Positions 24,706 to 38,608 of a stretch of DNA of 64,000 bases are shown here, one piece after another. The notes under the pieces are model-generated. The model made no database searches. It was not told the DNA's origin and was given only the letters and a program-made list of their open reading frames with translations. Location of the stretch: assembly GCA_030390025.1 (NCBI GenBank), contig CM059432.1, forward strand, positions 132,620,001 through 132,684,000, given 5' to 3'. This stretch comes from Squalus acanthias. Lineage: Eukaryota. The translations under genes were made by a program, and so were the position numbers. How positions within the stretch are numbered: position 1 is the stretch's first letter; every line of letters begins with the position of its first letter.

Positions 24706-26578
24706 TAGAAGCATAGAAGCATAGAAGATAGGAGCAGGAGTAGGCCATTCAGCCCCTCGAGCCTGCTCCGCCATTTAATGAGATCATGGCTGATCATCCA
24801 AATTCAGTACCCTGTCCCTGCTTTCTCCCCATATCCCTTGATCCCTTTAGCCTTAAGAAATATATCTAGCTCCTTCTTGAATATATTTAATGAATTGGCC
24901 TCAACTGCCTTCTGTGGTAGAGAATTCCACAGGTTCACCACTCTCTGGGTGAAGAAATTCCTCCTCATCTCAGTCCTAAATGGCTTACCCCTTATCCTTA
25001 GACTGTGACCCCTGGTTCTGGACTCCCCCGCCATTGGGAACATCCTTCCTGCATCTAGTCTGTCTAGTCCTGTTAGAATTTTATAAGTTTCAATGAGATC
25101 CCCTCTCATTCTTCGAAACTCTAGCGAATATAAGCCTAATCGACCCAGTCTCTCTTCATACATCATTCCTGCCATCCCAGGTATCAGCCTGGTGAATCTT
25201 CGCTGCACTCTCTCCATGGCAAGAACATCCTTCTTCAGATAAGGCGACCAAAACTGCACACAATACTCAAGGTGTGGACTCACCAAGGCCTTGTACAACT
25301 GCAGCAAGACATCCTTGCTCCTGTACTCGAATCCTGTCACTATGAAGGCCAACATACCATTTGCCTTCTTAACCGCCTGCTGCACCTGCATTCTTACCTT
25401 CAGCGACTGGTGCACAAGGACTCCCAGATCTCGTTGCACTTCCCCTTTTCCCAATCTATTGCCGTTCAGATAATAATCTGTCTTCCTGTTTTTGCCACCA
25501 AAGTGGATAACCTCGCATTTATCCACATTATACTGCATCTGCCATGCATCTGCCCAATCACCCAACCTGTCCAAATTATACTGGAGTTTCTCTGCATCCT
25601 CCTCACAGCACACACGCCCACCCAGCTTTGTGTCGTCTGCAAACTTAGAGATATTACATCTAGTTCCCTCGTCTAGATCATTAATATATATTGTGAATAG
25701 CTGGGGTCCTAGCACCGATCCCTGCGGTACTCCACTAGTCACTGCCTGCCACTCAGAAAAAGACCCGTTTATTCCAACTCTTTGCTTCCTGTCTGCCAAC
25801 CAGTTCTCTATCCAAATCAGTACCTTACCCCCAATCCCATGTGCTTTAACTTTGCACACTAATCTCTTATGCGGGACCTTATCGAAAGCCTTCTGAAAGT
25901 CCAAATACACCACATCCACTGGTTCTCCCTTATCTATTTTATCAGTTACATCCTCAAAAAATTCCAGTAGATTAGTCAGGCATGATTTACCTTTTGTAAA
26001 TCCATGTTGACTTTGTCCGATCCTGTCACTGTTTTCCAAGTGCTCTGCTATTACATCTTTTATAATGGACTCTAGCATTTTGCCCACTACCGATGTCAAG
26101 CTTACCGGTCTATAATTCCCCGGTTTTTCTCTACCACCTTTTTTAAATAGTGGGGTTACATTAGCTACTCTCCAATCCATGGGAACTGTTCCAGAGTCTA
26201 TAGAATTTTGAAAGATGACCAGCAATGCATCTACTATTTCTAGGGCCACTTCCTTAAGTACCCTAGGATGTAGATTAACAGGCCCTGGGGATTTATCGGC
26301 CTTCAATCCCGTTAATTTCCCTAACACCATTTCCCTACAAATACTGATTTCATTCAATTCCTCCCTCTCATTGGACCCTATGTTCCCCGACATCTCTGGG
26401 AGTTTATTTGTGTCCTCCTTTGTGAAGGCAGAACCAAAGTATGTATTTAATTGGTCTGCCATTTCTTTGTTCCCCATTATAAATTCCCCTGATTTTGACT
26501 GCAAGGGACCTACGCTTGACTTCACCAATCTTTTTCGCTTCACATATCTATAGAAGCTTTTACAGTCAGTTTTTATGG
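24706..26578 (-). mobile_element. Young 5'-truncated CR1/HER1 LINE with uninterrupted RT ORF
   Basis: 606-aa ORF 24804-26624 (first ~15 aa are flank) with VPQGSVLGP and FADDTKL; (CTTCTATG)n tail at 24706-24728. Confidence 0.97.
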
Positions 26579-26863
26579 TCACATTCCCGATGGGAGCGCT
26601 GATCGTTCTGCCTGTGGTTGCCATTCAAACAAACTAGTAGTCCACTCTTGGAACTCTGTATTCAAAGGTTTGGGGAAGGGGAGCGAGGGAGGTTGTGCTC
26701 AATCTGATTGCAGAGCAATTTGCTGCTCGAACTGCTGCTTATGATCTGTGTAAAAAAAAACGACTGAATAAACTATTTTTTAGCCATTGTTTCAGGGTTT
26801 CCCGCCATGTCATCTTTCGCCCCCCTGACCACGGCACCCTTGCGTTGCCCACTTCGCCCACCC

Positions 26864-27764
26864 TGTAGAGATGAACTCATCTCTAGTCTTTCAAATAATC
26901 AGGATCGAGTGCAAACCAATATGGTGGTGGGTATATTGTGTTTAATTGGAGTTTAGGACAGAATACAACACACTAGTAATACAGCAAAAACATACAACCG
27001 TGACAAGCAGCTGGTACCAAACCCGATCAGACAGATGGCTAGCGTGCGCAAACTACTCTTCTTAATCATTCTCCTTCTTGTCTTACTCTCTCTCTCTCTC
27101 TCTCTCTCTTTCTCTGAACTACCCAAGAGTGTTAGACTAGGGTCAGCATGGGTCCACTCTCTGAAGAGTGTTAGGCCACCGTTTCCACTCTTGGGAGCCC
27201 CTCGCTCCACGGTCTGAGCTAAGAGTTCTTTAGCTCTTCCTTTTATTCTCTTTTTAGGGGTGGGCCTGAGGTAGGATATGGACAGGACCATTTAACCTAT
27301 AGAGGTTCCCCTTAAAACAAGGTGCCCAATGGCATGTTGAGTTCTTTGTCTAAACTTACAGATGAAGACCCTCACTCAAGGGGTCTTCATAACCATTACA
27401 CATGCTTTCTGTACTTGACCAATCATGGCCTTACAGCATATTAAGGACTATCTTCCCTTATCTCATCCGGCCCTTTCCTTCCAAAGCAATAGTGTCTTAT
27501 CTCATCCTGTCTTGTCACCCCTGGTGCAGCCAGTGCGTGTACCAGGCTCAGCTTTGGGCCATTAAATCAGAGGCCCAAGCCAGAGCTGTCTTACTCAACC
27601 AGCTGCTATCCAAACCATCTCCCCTTAATCTAACAGACTATTCTATCCTGAGATTGTACCTTAACTCCCAAAAATTCCTTCTATTCTATGCCCTTTATAC
27701 TAATTAACTTTTAATTATATTCGCAAGCAGTTCTGTTAAATGAACGCCAATTCCAACCATAACA
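26864..27764 (-). mobile_element. Putative LTR-like sequence
   Basis: TG...CA ends, (CT)n tract, small hairpins (26866-26885, 27363-27389) and an internal direct repeat AAGAGTGTTAG. No TSD; weak call. Confidence 0.3.
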
Positions 27765-28332
27765 TTATAATATGGTTATTAGTAATAATGGAAGAAACAT
27801 AGGTTGGGCCTTCATTGGCCTTCCGAGTCCTGAAGGACATAGCTGCCAGTCTGGACCTGTGACAGGTGTTGAGAGAACCAACACGAGGGAAAAACCTACT
27901 TGACCTTGTCCTCACCAATCTACCTGTCTCAGATGCATCTGTCCATGATGGTATTGGTAGCAGTGACCACCGCACAGTCATTGTGGAGACGAAGTCCCGT
28001 CTTCACACTGAGGACACTCTCCATCGTGTTGTGTGGCACTACCACCGTGCTAAATGGGATAGATTCAGAACAGCTCAAAACTGGGCATCCATGAGATGCT
28101 GTGGGCCATCAGCAGCAGCAGAATTGTATTCCACCACAATCTGTAACCTCATGGCCCGGCATGTCCCTCACTCTACCATTACCATCATGCCAGGGGACCA
28201 ACCCTGGTTCAATAAGGAGTGTAGAAGAGCATGCCAGGAGCAGCACCAGGCGTACCTAAAAATGAGGTGCCAACCTGGGGAAGCTGCAACACAGGACTAC
28301 ATGCATGCTAAAAAGTGGAAGCAGCATGCTAT

Positions 28333-28810
28333 AGGAAAGCCAGCACGGATTTGTTAAAGGCAAATCATGTTTAACCAACTTGATCGAGTTTTTTGATTGA
28401 GAAGATTGAGAAGATTGAGAGGAGATTTGATAGAGGTGTTCAAAATCATGAGGGGTCTGGACAGAGTAGATAGAGAGAAACTGTTCCCATTGGCAGAAGG
28501 GTTGAGAACCAGAGGACACAGATTTAAGGTGATTGGCAGAAGAACCAAAGGTGACATGAGGAAAACCTTTTTTACTCAGCGAGTGGTTATGATCTGGAAT
28601 GCACTGCCTGAAAGGGTGGTGAAAGCAGACTCAATGACGGCTTTCAAAAGAGAGTTGGATAAGTACCTGAAGGAAAAAAATTTGCAGGGCTACGGGGAAA
28701 GGGTGGGGGAGTAGGACTAGCTGAAGTACTCTTGCAGAGAGCCGGCACAGGCTCGTCGGGCCAAATGGCCTTCTTCCGTGCTGTAACCATTCTATGATAC
28801 TATGATTCTA
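28333..28810 (+). mobile_element. Internally deleted CR1 fragment
   Basis: QHGFVKGKSCLTNLIEFFD is joined directly to RRLRGDLIEVFK at ~28397; TTCTATGA-type tail. Confidence 0.85.
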
Positions 28811-28824
28811 TCTGCAATTGACAC

Positions 28825-30100
28825 GATGGAAGTAGCAAGGTCACGAGAGATGGCAAGGTCGAGGGGGTGGCCGTGAATATGGGTTGGGGAGTTTACATGG
28901 AAGGAGAGATTAAGGGAGAATAGGAGGCTAGTGAACTCTCCTCTCTTGGATACTCTGCCCTCCCAAATCCCTAGCCAAATCCTTCATTACTCTTCGACCT
29001 TCTTTCTCTCCTGCCGCTGTCCCAGGCTTGACTCCCTCTTAGATAAGCCTACAGCTTCCTCTGTGCCTCTCTTGGCATCCTACGAAGGGCCCATCGTGGC
29101 ACTCACCGCTGCCTTCTTACAAGCAGCTATCCTTCAAATAGCTTCTGGACTTCACGCGCCTGCTTTGGACAATGAGAGAGCATGATGAATTGAGATAGAG
29201 GCTGAAATCACCAAGGATGAGAAGTCGCTCGGTGCAGAGGCTGAGGGAGGAAAGCAGTGAAGATATCTCGCTAATAAAACTTTTATGGTACTTGGGTGGG
29301 CGGTAGAGAACAAGAATTTTAAATGAGAGGTGAGAGGGGTGGAATAAGGTGAGATGTTCAAAACAGGAGAAAGTGCCGGAGGAGTAGTGGGACAGACCAA
29401 GGTGTGATTTGGTGAGGAGAGCCACACCGCCAACACAGCGGTCTGAGCGGGGCAAGTGGTGGAAGGTATAGCCAGGCGGGGAGGCTTCATTTACGGGGAA
29501 TGTGTCATCAACCCTCAACCAAGTTTCTGTCAGGGCCATGATGTTGATGCAATCATCCACGATAAGCTCATGGATATCAAGGGGCTTGTTCGCAAGTGAA
29601 TGGACATTCTGGAGAGAGATGCGGCGAAGGTCGGTGATGGCTGATCCACTGCCAGTGTCCACAGGGTCAGCGCTGGGGCGGGGGGGTGGGGGGGATGAGT
29701 TGGATGGGGAAGAGATTGGCAAGATTTGTCCCCAGTGGCAAAAGTCGGCGAAAGAGTAGGGTGGGACAGTTGGGGTTGCTGCTTGTAAGGAGGCAGTGAC
29801 GAGTGCCTCGATGGGCCTGTCATAGGATGCCAAGAGATGCACAGAAGGAAGCTGTGGGCTTATTTAAGAGGAAGTCAAGCCTCGGCAGGCAGGAGAGTAG
29901 GAAGGTCGAAGAGTAATGAAGGATTGGGATAGGGATTTGGGAGGACAGTGTATCCGAGAGAGGAGAGATGAAAGGAGGCATGATGACAGGAGAGTGCGGT
30001 CAGGGAGGGATAGAGAGAAAAGGAAAGGGGGGAAAAAGTAGAAAATGAAATGAATGGCTCGCGTCTGGAGCGGCAGCCAAAGTGCGCACGCGAATAGACA
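28825..30100 (-). mobile_element. L2-like LINE 5' region with APE endonuclease
   Basis: ORF 29117-29842: LQNVHSL..ALTETWL..GGVALL..LYRPP..ILGDF; continues as PTHIHGHPLDL at ~28930-28850. Confidence 0.8.
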
Positions 30101-30656
30101 CAGGGAAAAGCTCAGGTTACATAGGCCTGGTTATGTAGTAATTAATGGGATACATATTTCCTGGTAGCAGGGAATAGGTTGGAGACAATAGTAGGGAGAC
30201 TAGGGTCAAAGTCAGAGGTCCCATGGAGGGACAAAACCGACTTAAGCAGGATGGAGCTGGCACGGAGCATCGAAGAACCGTTGTCCAAAGCAGGCGTGTG
30301 AAGTCCAGAAGCTATTTGAAGGGTAGAGAGTTCGAGGATGGAGGCTGGTGCCGCAGGAATGAGAGTCGGTAGCAGTGCAGAAAGATGATGGTTAAATTGA
30401 CGCAAGTTGGAGATCAAAACGGCGGAGAAAAAGTAAAACCGCAAGCCAGCGACCAGCAAGGCTGAAAACCAGTAGAACCAGTTCAGCAGAGACAGTAGTT
30501 TAAAAGTTATTTTTAAAATTAAAAATAATCTTTTAGCAACAGAGATAGAGACACAGCAGGTAAGTCTTACACTGTAATCCAGTGTCGTTCAAAGCAGAAA
30601 CGTAGTCTAGATGTCCAGAGAGGTCCAGGAGATCGGAAACCAATTTGAGAAAAGAA

Positions 30657-31195
30657 TTTGGTCTCCTTATCTAAGGAAGGATATACTTGCCTTGGAGGCA
30701 GTGCAACAAAGGTTCACTAGATTGATTCCTGGGATGAGAGGGCTGTCTTATAATGAGAGATTGTGTAGAATGGGCCTATACTCTCTGGAGTTTCGAAGAA
30801 TGAGAGGTGATCTTATTGAAACATAAAAGATTCTGAAGGGGATTGACAGGGTAGATGCTGAGAGGCTGTTTCCCCTGGCTGGAGTGTCTAGAACCAGGGG
30901 TCATAGTCTCAGGATAAGGGGTCGGCCATTTAAGACTGAGATGAGGAGGAATTTCTTCACTCAGAGGGTTGTGAATCTTTGGAATTTTCTGCCCCAAAGG
31001 GCTGTGAATGCTGAGTCTTTGAATATATTCAAGGCTGAGATAGATAGATTTTTGGGCTCTAGGGGAATCAAGGGAAATGGAGATTGGGCGGGAAAGTGGA
31101 ATTGAGTTTGATGATCAGCCATGATCTTATTGAATGGCGGGGCAGGCTCGAGGGGCTGTATGGCCTACTCCTGCTCTTATTTCTTATGTTCTTAT
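30657..31195 (+). mobile_element. CR1/HER1 LINE 3' end
   Basis: WSPYLRKDILALEAVQQRFTRLIPGM; SRTRGHSLRIRG; (TTCTTATG)n tail. Confidence 0.9.
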
Positions 31196-34100
31196 GTACA
31201 TGGACTTTCAAAAGGCCACGTGATATCAAGAATCGGCTGAGCATACTGGATACAGCAAAGGCTATGGGCCCCAACAACATCCCAGCTGTCGTGCTGAAGA
31301 CTTGTGATCCAGAACTAGCCACGCCTCTAGCCAAGCTGCTTCAGTACAGCTACAACACTGGCATTTATCTGACAATGTGGAAAACTGCCCAGGTATGTCC
31401 TGTCCACAAAAAGCAGGACAAATCCAAAGCGGCCAATTACCGCCCTATCAGTCTACTCTCAATCATCAGCAAAGTGATGGAAAATGTCGTCGACAGTGCT
31501 ATCAAGTGGCACTTACTCACCAATAACCTGCTCACTGATTCTCAGTTTGTGTTCCGCCAGGACCACTTGGCTCCAGACCTCATTACAGCCTTGGTCCAAA
31601 GATGGACAAAAGAGCTGAATTCCAGAGGTGAGGTGAGAGTGACTGCCCTTGACATTAAGGCAGCATTTGACTGAGTGTGTCACTAAGGAGCCCTAGTAAA
31701 TTAAAGCCAATGGGGATTAGGGGGAAAACTCTCCACTGGCTGGAGTCATACCTAGCACAAAGGAAGATGGTTGTGGTTGTTGGAGACTAATCATCTTAGC
31801 CCCTGGATATCGCTGCAGGAGTTCCTCAGGGCAGTGTCCTAGGCCCAACCATCTTCAGCTGCTTCATCAATGACCTTCCCTCCATCATAAGGTCAGAAGT
31901 GGGAATGTTTGCTGATGATTGCACAGTGTTCAGTGCCATTCGCAACTCCTCAGATAATGAAGCAGTCAGTGCCTGCATGCAGCAAGACCTGGACAACATT
32001 CAGGCTTGGGCTGATAAGTGGCAGGTAACATTCGCGCCACACAAGCGCCAGGCATTGAACATCTCCAACAATAGAGTCTAACCACCTCCCCATGATATTC
32101 AGTGGCATCACCACAGTCGAATCCCCCACCATTAACATCCTGGGGTCACCATTGACAAGAAACTTAACTGGATCAGCCACATAAATACTGTGGCAACAAG
32201 ATCAGGTCAGTGGCTGGGTATTCTGTGGCGAATGACTCACCTCCTGACTCCCCAAAGCCTTTCCACCACCTACAAGACACAAGTCAGGAGTGTGTTGGAA
32301 TACTCTGCACTTGCCTGGATGGGTGCAGCTCCAACAACACTCAAGAAGCTCAACAGGATAAAGCAGCCCACTTGATTGGCACCCCATCCACCACCTTAAA
32401 CATTCACTCCCTTCACCACTGGCTTAACATGGCTGCAGCGTGTACCATGTACAAGATGCACTGCAAGAACTCACCAAGGTTTCTTCGACAGCACCACCCA
32501 AACTCGCACCTCTATCACCTAGAAGGACAAGGGCAGCAGGCGCATGGGAACACCACCATATCGAAATTCTCCTGCAAATGGCACATCATCCTGACTTGGA
32601 AATACATCGTCGTTCCTTCATTGTTACTGGGTCAAATTCCTGGAACAGCACTGTGGGAATACCTTCACCACATGGACTGCAGCGGTTCAAGAAGGCAGCT
32701 CACCACCACCTTCTCAAGGGAAATTAGAGATGGGCAATAAATGCTGGCCTTGCCAGCGACGCCTACATCCCATGAAAGAATAAGAACATTAGTTACCTCA
32801 CCTTTGGCTTAATTTCTAAGGGCTGATTTTTAAAATACACACTCCTGGTACAGATTCTGCCTGCTGGGAGCACATACCAGGAAACCAGTTTGACATTTGT
32901 GTAACTCCTTCAGTATTGTCCTCTCAGCCTAGTTTCACATATTCAAGCTCTGGAATGGACTTGAAACCACAATCTGCTTGCATTAGAGGTGTAAGTACTA
33001 CTAACTGAGACAAGTTAACACACAATGGTTATTAGTCTCTGCTTTTCGAAGATTTTGGTGACATATGAAAGAGTTTTGCAGTGAAAAATGATAATGGATC
33101 AGCCTCCCTCTGTTGTATTAAGGAAAAGTGAAGTTCTACTTAAATTGGCTCTAAGTTGACTCCGGCCAAGTTTCTTCATGTCTTTAAGAAATTACCCATA
33201 CCGTTGCCACGGTGATGGAAAAGATAATGGATGGAATGGAAAAGTCTGACTGATGGTGTAGACTGATGGCTGATATCCTTTTCCGGCACAGCTTTCCGGG
33301 AGAAGAGCTAGCAAGGGTATAAATGTGATTGTGCTACAAAGGAAGTACTTTGTTCCAGCTCTTCGAGCCCTCAGGCCTGATCCATGTAGTTTCCCTCCAG
33401 GCCTAGAAAAATGGGTAATTAAATTCCTGGACGTCAATGTTGCTGGGTTCCAGCTTTGCTGCTGGAAATGCGACGGGTCAGGACCTTTGCCTACTGACTA
33501 TCCAGGCTGTGACCTTGTCCCAAATTCTCGGGGGTGGGGTCACTTTAATATTTGGGGTGGATAGCCCATGTTGGTAGAAGCACAACCAAGAGGTGCCCAC
33601 CCTGACTTGGCGATGGAGGGTGCCGCCATGATTGGGGGGAAACTCAAGACACTTAACAAGCCAAAGATATAAGAAAAAATGCCTTTCCCAGCAGGGAATC
33701 CACGGCGCCACATTGAGAAGTTAGTGGATCCCTCTGGGATCAATAACCTTTGCTCTTTACATCTTTGGAGCTTTTATGAGGCCAGCAATGGAACTCATGC
33801 TTGCTCCCAGCAGAAGTGGGATCTGCTGGGCCTAAGAGGGGTGAGAATCCTTTGGGACGCCTGGGAATTCCCCTAGACATGCCTCCAAATTGCTCTCGGG
33901 ATGTGTGTGGGGGGGGTGGGGGGATGCCCCAGATTGGATTTCTGATGGATGGCAAATGTGGCTGAAACTTGTCGGATCCAGGTTCCACCCCAAATTCCAG
34001 TCCTTGTCGCAAAACACCCGATTTCTGACCTCCCCCAACCCAGGAATTTAGGCCCCTAGACTTTTATAACAGTACAACGAGGAATGTTACAGTAACTTGT

Positions 34101-34376
34101 TAGGAAAACAGCAGCCCATTTGATGCACCCGTTTTGAAGGTAACATTTTATTAGTTATATGATGAGGGTGCTAAGTCATTAGTTAACATCATGCCAAGGC
34201 AGTGGCCCAGTTTTTCTGATTTCATTGCCACCAGTAACCCCTTTGTTTTAATGGATCACCGTTAGCATTACAATCAGAAAACTTACGGCAAGTTATTCTT
34301 GTTTTTCATACCTTTTGGTACATATACTGAAGTGAAGAGTTGCTTTTCTCCACCTCGGTTAAAGGAACAAAACATT

Positions 34377-34980
34377 GGGCTGGATTTTACGGTCAGTGGC
34401 GAAGGAACGGCACTCGCTGTTCACTTCACTGACAGCTGCCCACAAAGTTTTTGCGGGCTTTTGAGCGGTGACCTACTGTCATTGGACGTCTGATCCAGTG
34501 CAGCGCCCTCTACAGGGGATCTGTGGTGTCTGTGAGCAGGAACAGCGAGGCTCTTCAACCAATCAGCTTGAAGGCTCCTCACTGAGACACGCAGAGTCTA
34601 AACCAGGAAGTATAAAGGAGGAAACTTGAATTAGACTTAAATCATGTACAGAAAGCAAAATAAAGATTGGGAAAGACAGATGGGATTAAGAGAGAGAGAG
34701 AGAGATATAAGAGACAGACATAGAAGGTAAAAAAAAATAGTGGGGAACTAGTGGGTAAGTACCCCAACTTCATGCCATTACAGTGATTTCAGCGCTGAGA
34801 CTATTGGCGAGGACTGTTACAGCGCACCCTGTGGAGGAGCGGGGCATCTCTGACAGCAACTTCCGGCTTTCCATGTTTAACTGCGCATGTGCGGATGCCA
34901 GAAGTTGCTGTCTGATCTACTCCGTCATAACGGTGAGCGCTGACAACCTCACCATTATTTCAATCGCCAAATCTGGGCCC
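34377..34980. mobile_element. Probable PIF/Harbinger-like MITE
   Basis: Ends GGGCTGGATTTT / AAATCTGGGCCC; CpG-richer than flanks; TSD unclear. Confidence 0.5.
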
Positions 34981-35391
34981 TTGAGAATATTAGCTTAAAT
35001 CAAATATGTTTATGTGCAGAGTAGCAAATATGATGTCACAGTGTAAAGCCATATGGTATATGATATTTATTGATAGACAACATGAGTATCAGAATGGACA
35101 ACACCATAGTATATGCCCTGAGTTATCAATAAAAAAAGACCTGTTTTCTTTTATTTTAATAAACTGCTTTTGGTTGCATCAGTGGCATTCCATTGCACAT
35201 GGTAACGAAGAAGACAAGAATCACGGCAAGTGTGAAGGTAAGCTGTGTGACAAACAAATGACTAGAGACAGTAGGAATCCAGTTACTCTTACGTAAGATT
35301 ACAAAAAAGGTTTGCCAGTTACCTTTTAGGGCGCTGATCCCCCTTCAAAATAATTGAACTTAGACTGTCCATGCAACCAGGTTCGAGGTGT

Positions 35392-35910
35392 TTTTTTTTT
35401 ATTCGCTTATGGGATCTGGGCGTAGCTGGCAAGGCCAGCATTTATTGCCCATCCCTAGTTGCCCTTGAGAAGGTGGTGGTGAGCCGCCTTCTTGAACCGC
35501 TGCAGTCCGTGTGGTGAAGGTACTCCCACAGTGCTGTTAGGGAGGGAGTTCCAGGATTTTGACCCAGCGACGATGAAGGATCGGCGATATACTTCTAAGT
35601 CAGGATGGTGTGTGACTTGGAGGGGAACTTGGAGGTGGTGGTGTTCCCATGCGCCTGCTGCCCTTGTCCTTCTAGGTGGAAGAGGTCGCGGGTTTGGGAG
35701 GTGCTGCCGAAGAAGCCTTGGCGAGTTGCTACAGTGCATCTTGTAGATGGTACACACTGCAGCCACAGTGTGCCGGTGGTGGAGGGAGTGGATGTTTAAG
35801 GTGGTGGATGGGGTGCCAATCAAGCGGGCTGCTTTGTCCTGGATGGTGTTGAGCTTCTTGAGTGTTGTTGGAACTGCACTCATCCAGGCAAGTGGAGAGT
35901 ATTCCATCAC
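35392..35910 (-). mobile_element. LINE family B 3' end
   Basis: ORF MEYSPLAWMSA..LHHRHTVAAVCTIYKMHC; polyT at ~35391-35400. Confidence 0.9.
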
Positions 35911-38608
35911 ACTATAATGAATATTATAATGAAGGCAACACAGACATGTTAGGAGTTGTCTTCTGAGGAAAGCCTAATGGTGGAGGCCTTTGATCACATG
36001 ATTGTTCTCAGAAAACATAGAGCTGCCTTTAACAAATGAGAGAAGAGGGGCTAGTCTTTCTAACAACTTCCTGATGCCATGGCAACTGCCTACTGCTATT
36101 TTGAGGCAGGGTGCCAGAAAACAGAACCTCACTAATGTAAAATATATATGTAATTTAAATTTTACCCATCACCATGACTCCAAAGTAGTTTTTTTGCGAT
36201 CTTAATAACTGTCGCGATTTTCATTACCTTGAGACCTTTTCAAGTGGTAAACTTAACAAGTCTTTGTGATGCACGCCAATATTAGTGTTTAGAGGAGGCA
36301 TATACATGCATAAATTATTAGTAAATCTCTTCAGGGATTGCCCAGTAAAAATGAACCAACTTGTAGGGTCTGTGTCCTCAGACTGATACAGAAGTGCGGC
36401 TGTCAGTAAACATATAGCTGCAATAAAATGTAAGTATCTTTTAAAAGAAAAATGATCAGATTGAAATAATTGCAGTAATTCAGATAAGGGCAATGTAATT
36501 TTAGTTATTTATTTGATTTCAGAACAAGAGACAGAAGTGAGTCTATTGTCATCTTAAAGATACAATTCTGACATGTAATATAAATCATTCCGCCAGCCAT
36601 CCTATTATGTTATGTAGGGAATACCTTATGGCATTTTCTCTGGCCTAGGTGTGATTACTTCCTTGCTAAACATGCTACGTGTCTGAGGAGGCTCTTCATA
36701 TTTATCTGCTTTAATATCAGGTGAATTCACTCTCATGATTGCATCCTGAAGTAGCTTTGACAATACAACACAGATAGCTCCATCCTTCTTTTGTCTGATA
36801 TGTGACTCTTAGACTATGGTCTTGCATTTCTCACAATGCCTGCAGCAGCATTTCTGCACTTTATGACACTTTAATGGTTTGGCTAGAGCTTTCCATTTAT
36901 ATAGACAATATTGTTAATAACTCATTTTATATGAAATCTTTTGTATCCTCAGTCCTTTATACTTTCATGTCACAGATTTGACTGATTATGTGATAGATAA
37001 GGTGAGAGTGCTTCAGCAAACAAAGAATTAATTTATCATTTTCTCTCACCGCACTCTGGGTGAAAGTCCCTAAGAGAAAGGGATGTTGTATTCATATTCA
37101 TTCTGTAATATCGTCTGCATACTGACCCTCTGTATTGCTTTGTGCAGGTCTTGAACAGAATATTCATCTTTCAGTTATGATGGATTCCTGTAATTTATCC
37201 ACCTCTATTCTTGGGGTTTTGGAATCCCATGGAAAATCAAAACAATCATTTATTGATCACTTTTGAACTATAGTTGAATCGTAACATAAGGTCATTTTTT
37301 GGTGCCAGATTCTATGAAGGTTTTCTGTTTTATACTTGTCCCTCTCATTGTCACTCTCTTATTGATACTTTTTTATTCTGTCGCTAAGATAAATTAAACA
37401 CTACAGTCGGCGTCCTTGTATTTCAAAAAAAATTCCTTTCAGAAAATACCAATTCAAAATGAAGTACTTTTTTATTGTTTATATTAAAATAATAAGCCCA
37501 GGGAGGCACGTTTCCCAGCCTCCTCTCTAGGGGGTGCTACTTACTTTCCCATGGAGATTTTGGGATGCCTGGTGGTATATATTTCAGTTGCCATCTCTAC
37601 TAGTATTTTTTTTCTTCTTAATGCTGAACAGAAGCAGTTGATGTAAACTTGTTTGTCATTTCTGGAGGCGCTGTCTAGTCTTGCCCATTTCAAGTGAGAC
37701 ACTCATTCATTTTAGTTAAAGCAATGTAACCTGCTTATGTGTCGCACTCTCTGAAAATAAACACAGCTAACTTAAGTGGGTTTTCAATCTGTCTCATTCT
37801 TTTTGCTCACATAAAACCTCACCCCTGGAAAGGCCCATTCCTGACAGCTCCGCATTAAACTATTTCTGAAAACTAGTTTTAAATATCCCGAAGAACATTT
37901 GCCTGATCCTATTTTTCAAAGAGTTAGTTTAACACAGATTTGAAGAAAGGAGGAAGCCTCTCAATCTATTTCTGTACTTGCGTTTTGACACCATTCTGTA
38001 CTGTCTTCCTGAAAGTGAATGATGGATGGGTGGAAATAACTAACAAGGCCGTCATTTAAGTGAGGCTGTTAGATAACACCATAAAGCAGGAGAGACCAAT
38101 TTGAGCTGTTTATGGATGTCATCTGAACCCCAAGATTTCATTAGAACCTTTATTGCTTTTTCACAATCATGTGTTATCTTTTCTAATGCATACTAAACCT
38201 AATTCTTTTTTTTAAATCAAACAAATGTAGCATTAATGGGCTGATTCCCAGATTGGGTGCTGCTGGCATGGAGTGGCACTCGCAGACCTTGAATTTCCAT
38301 CCAATTTAATTTAATGGATGGAAAATCTGAGGCTGTGGGTCCATGATTTCCTGACTAATGCTCCCCATGCCTGATTGGGGCATCAGCCTTTAAATCTGGG
38401 CCAAATTCACAGAGTTTCAGTATCTAAGATGTTATTGATCCTTTATTTTTGCAGATCAGTCATAATGCCTGATTCTGAGCAGGATACAGTATGACATTTT
38501 TGAAGCAAACAAAACTACAAAGAATTGAAAGCTTTGTATTCAGAACCTGAACACATAATTTAGGCTGACAGTCCAGTGCAGTGTTGAGTTCATGCTGCAC
38601 TGTCAGAG

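Larger units (their letters stand above)
27835..32785 (+). mobile_element. LINE family B (EN-RT, AATAAA/A-rich tail), split into 27835-28332 and 31210-32785 by nested elements
   Basis: EPTRGKNLLDLVLTN..SDH (EN end), PWFN, KAMGPNNIP, QGSVLGP, FADD; 3' end GGGCAATAAATGCTGGCCTTGCCAGCGACGCC.ACATCCCATGAA. Confidence 0.9.

Noticed and set aside
24804..26624. Active autonomous LINE
   Set aside because: The RT frame is open, but the copy is 5'-truncated (no endonuclease, ORF1 or promoter).
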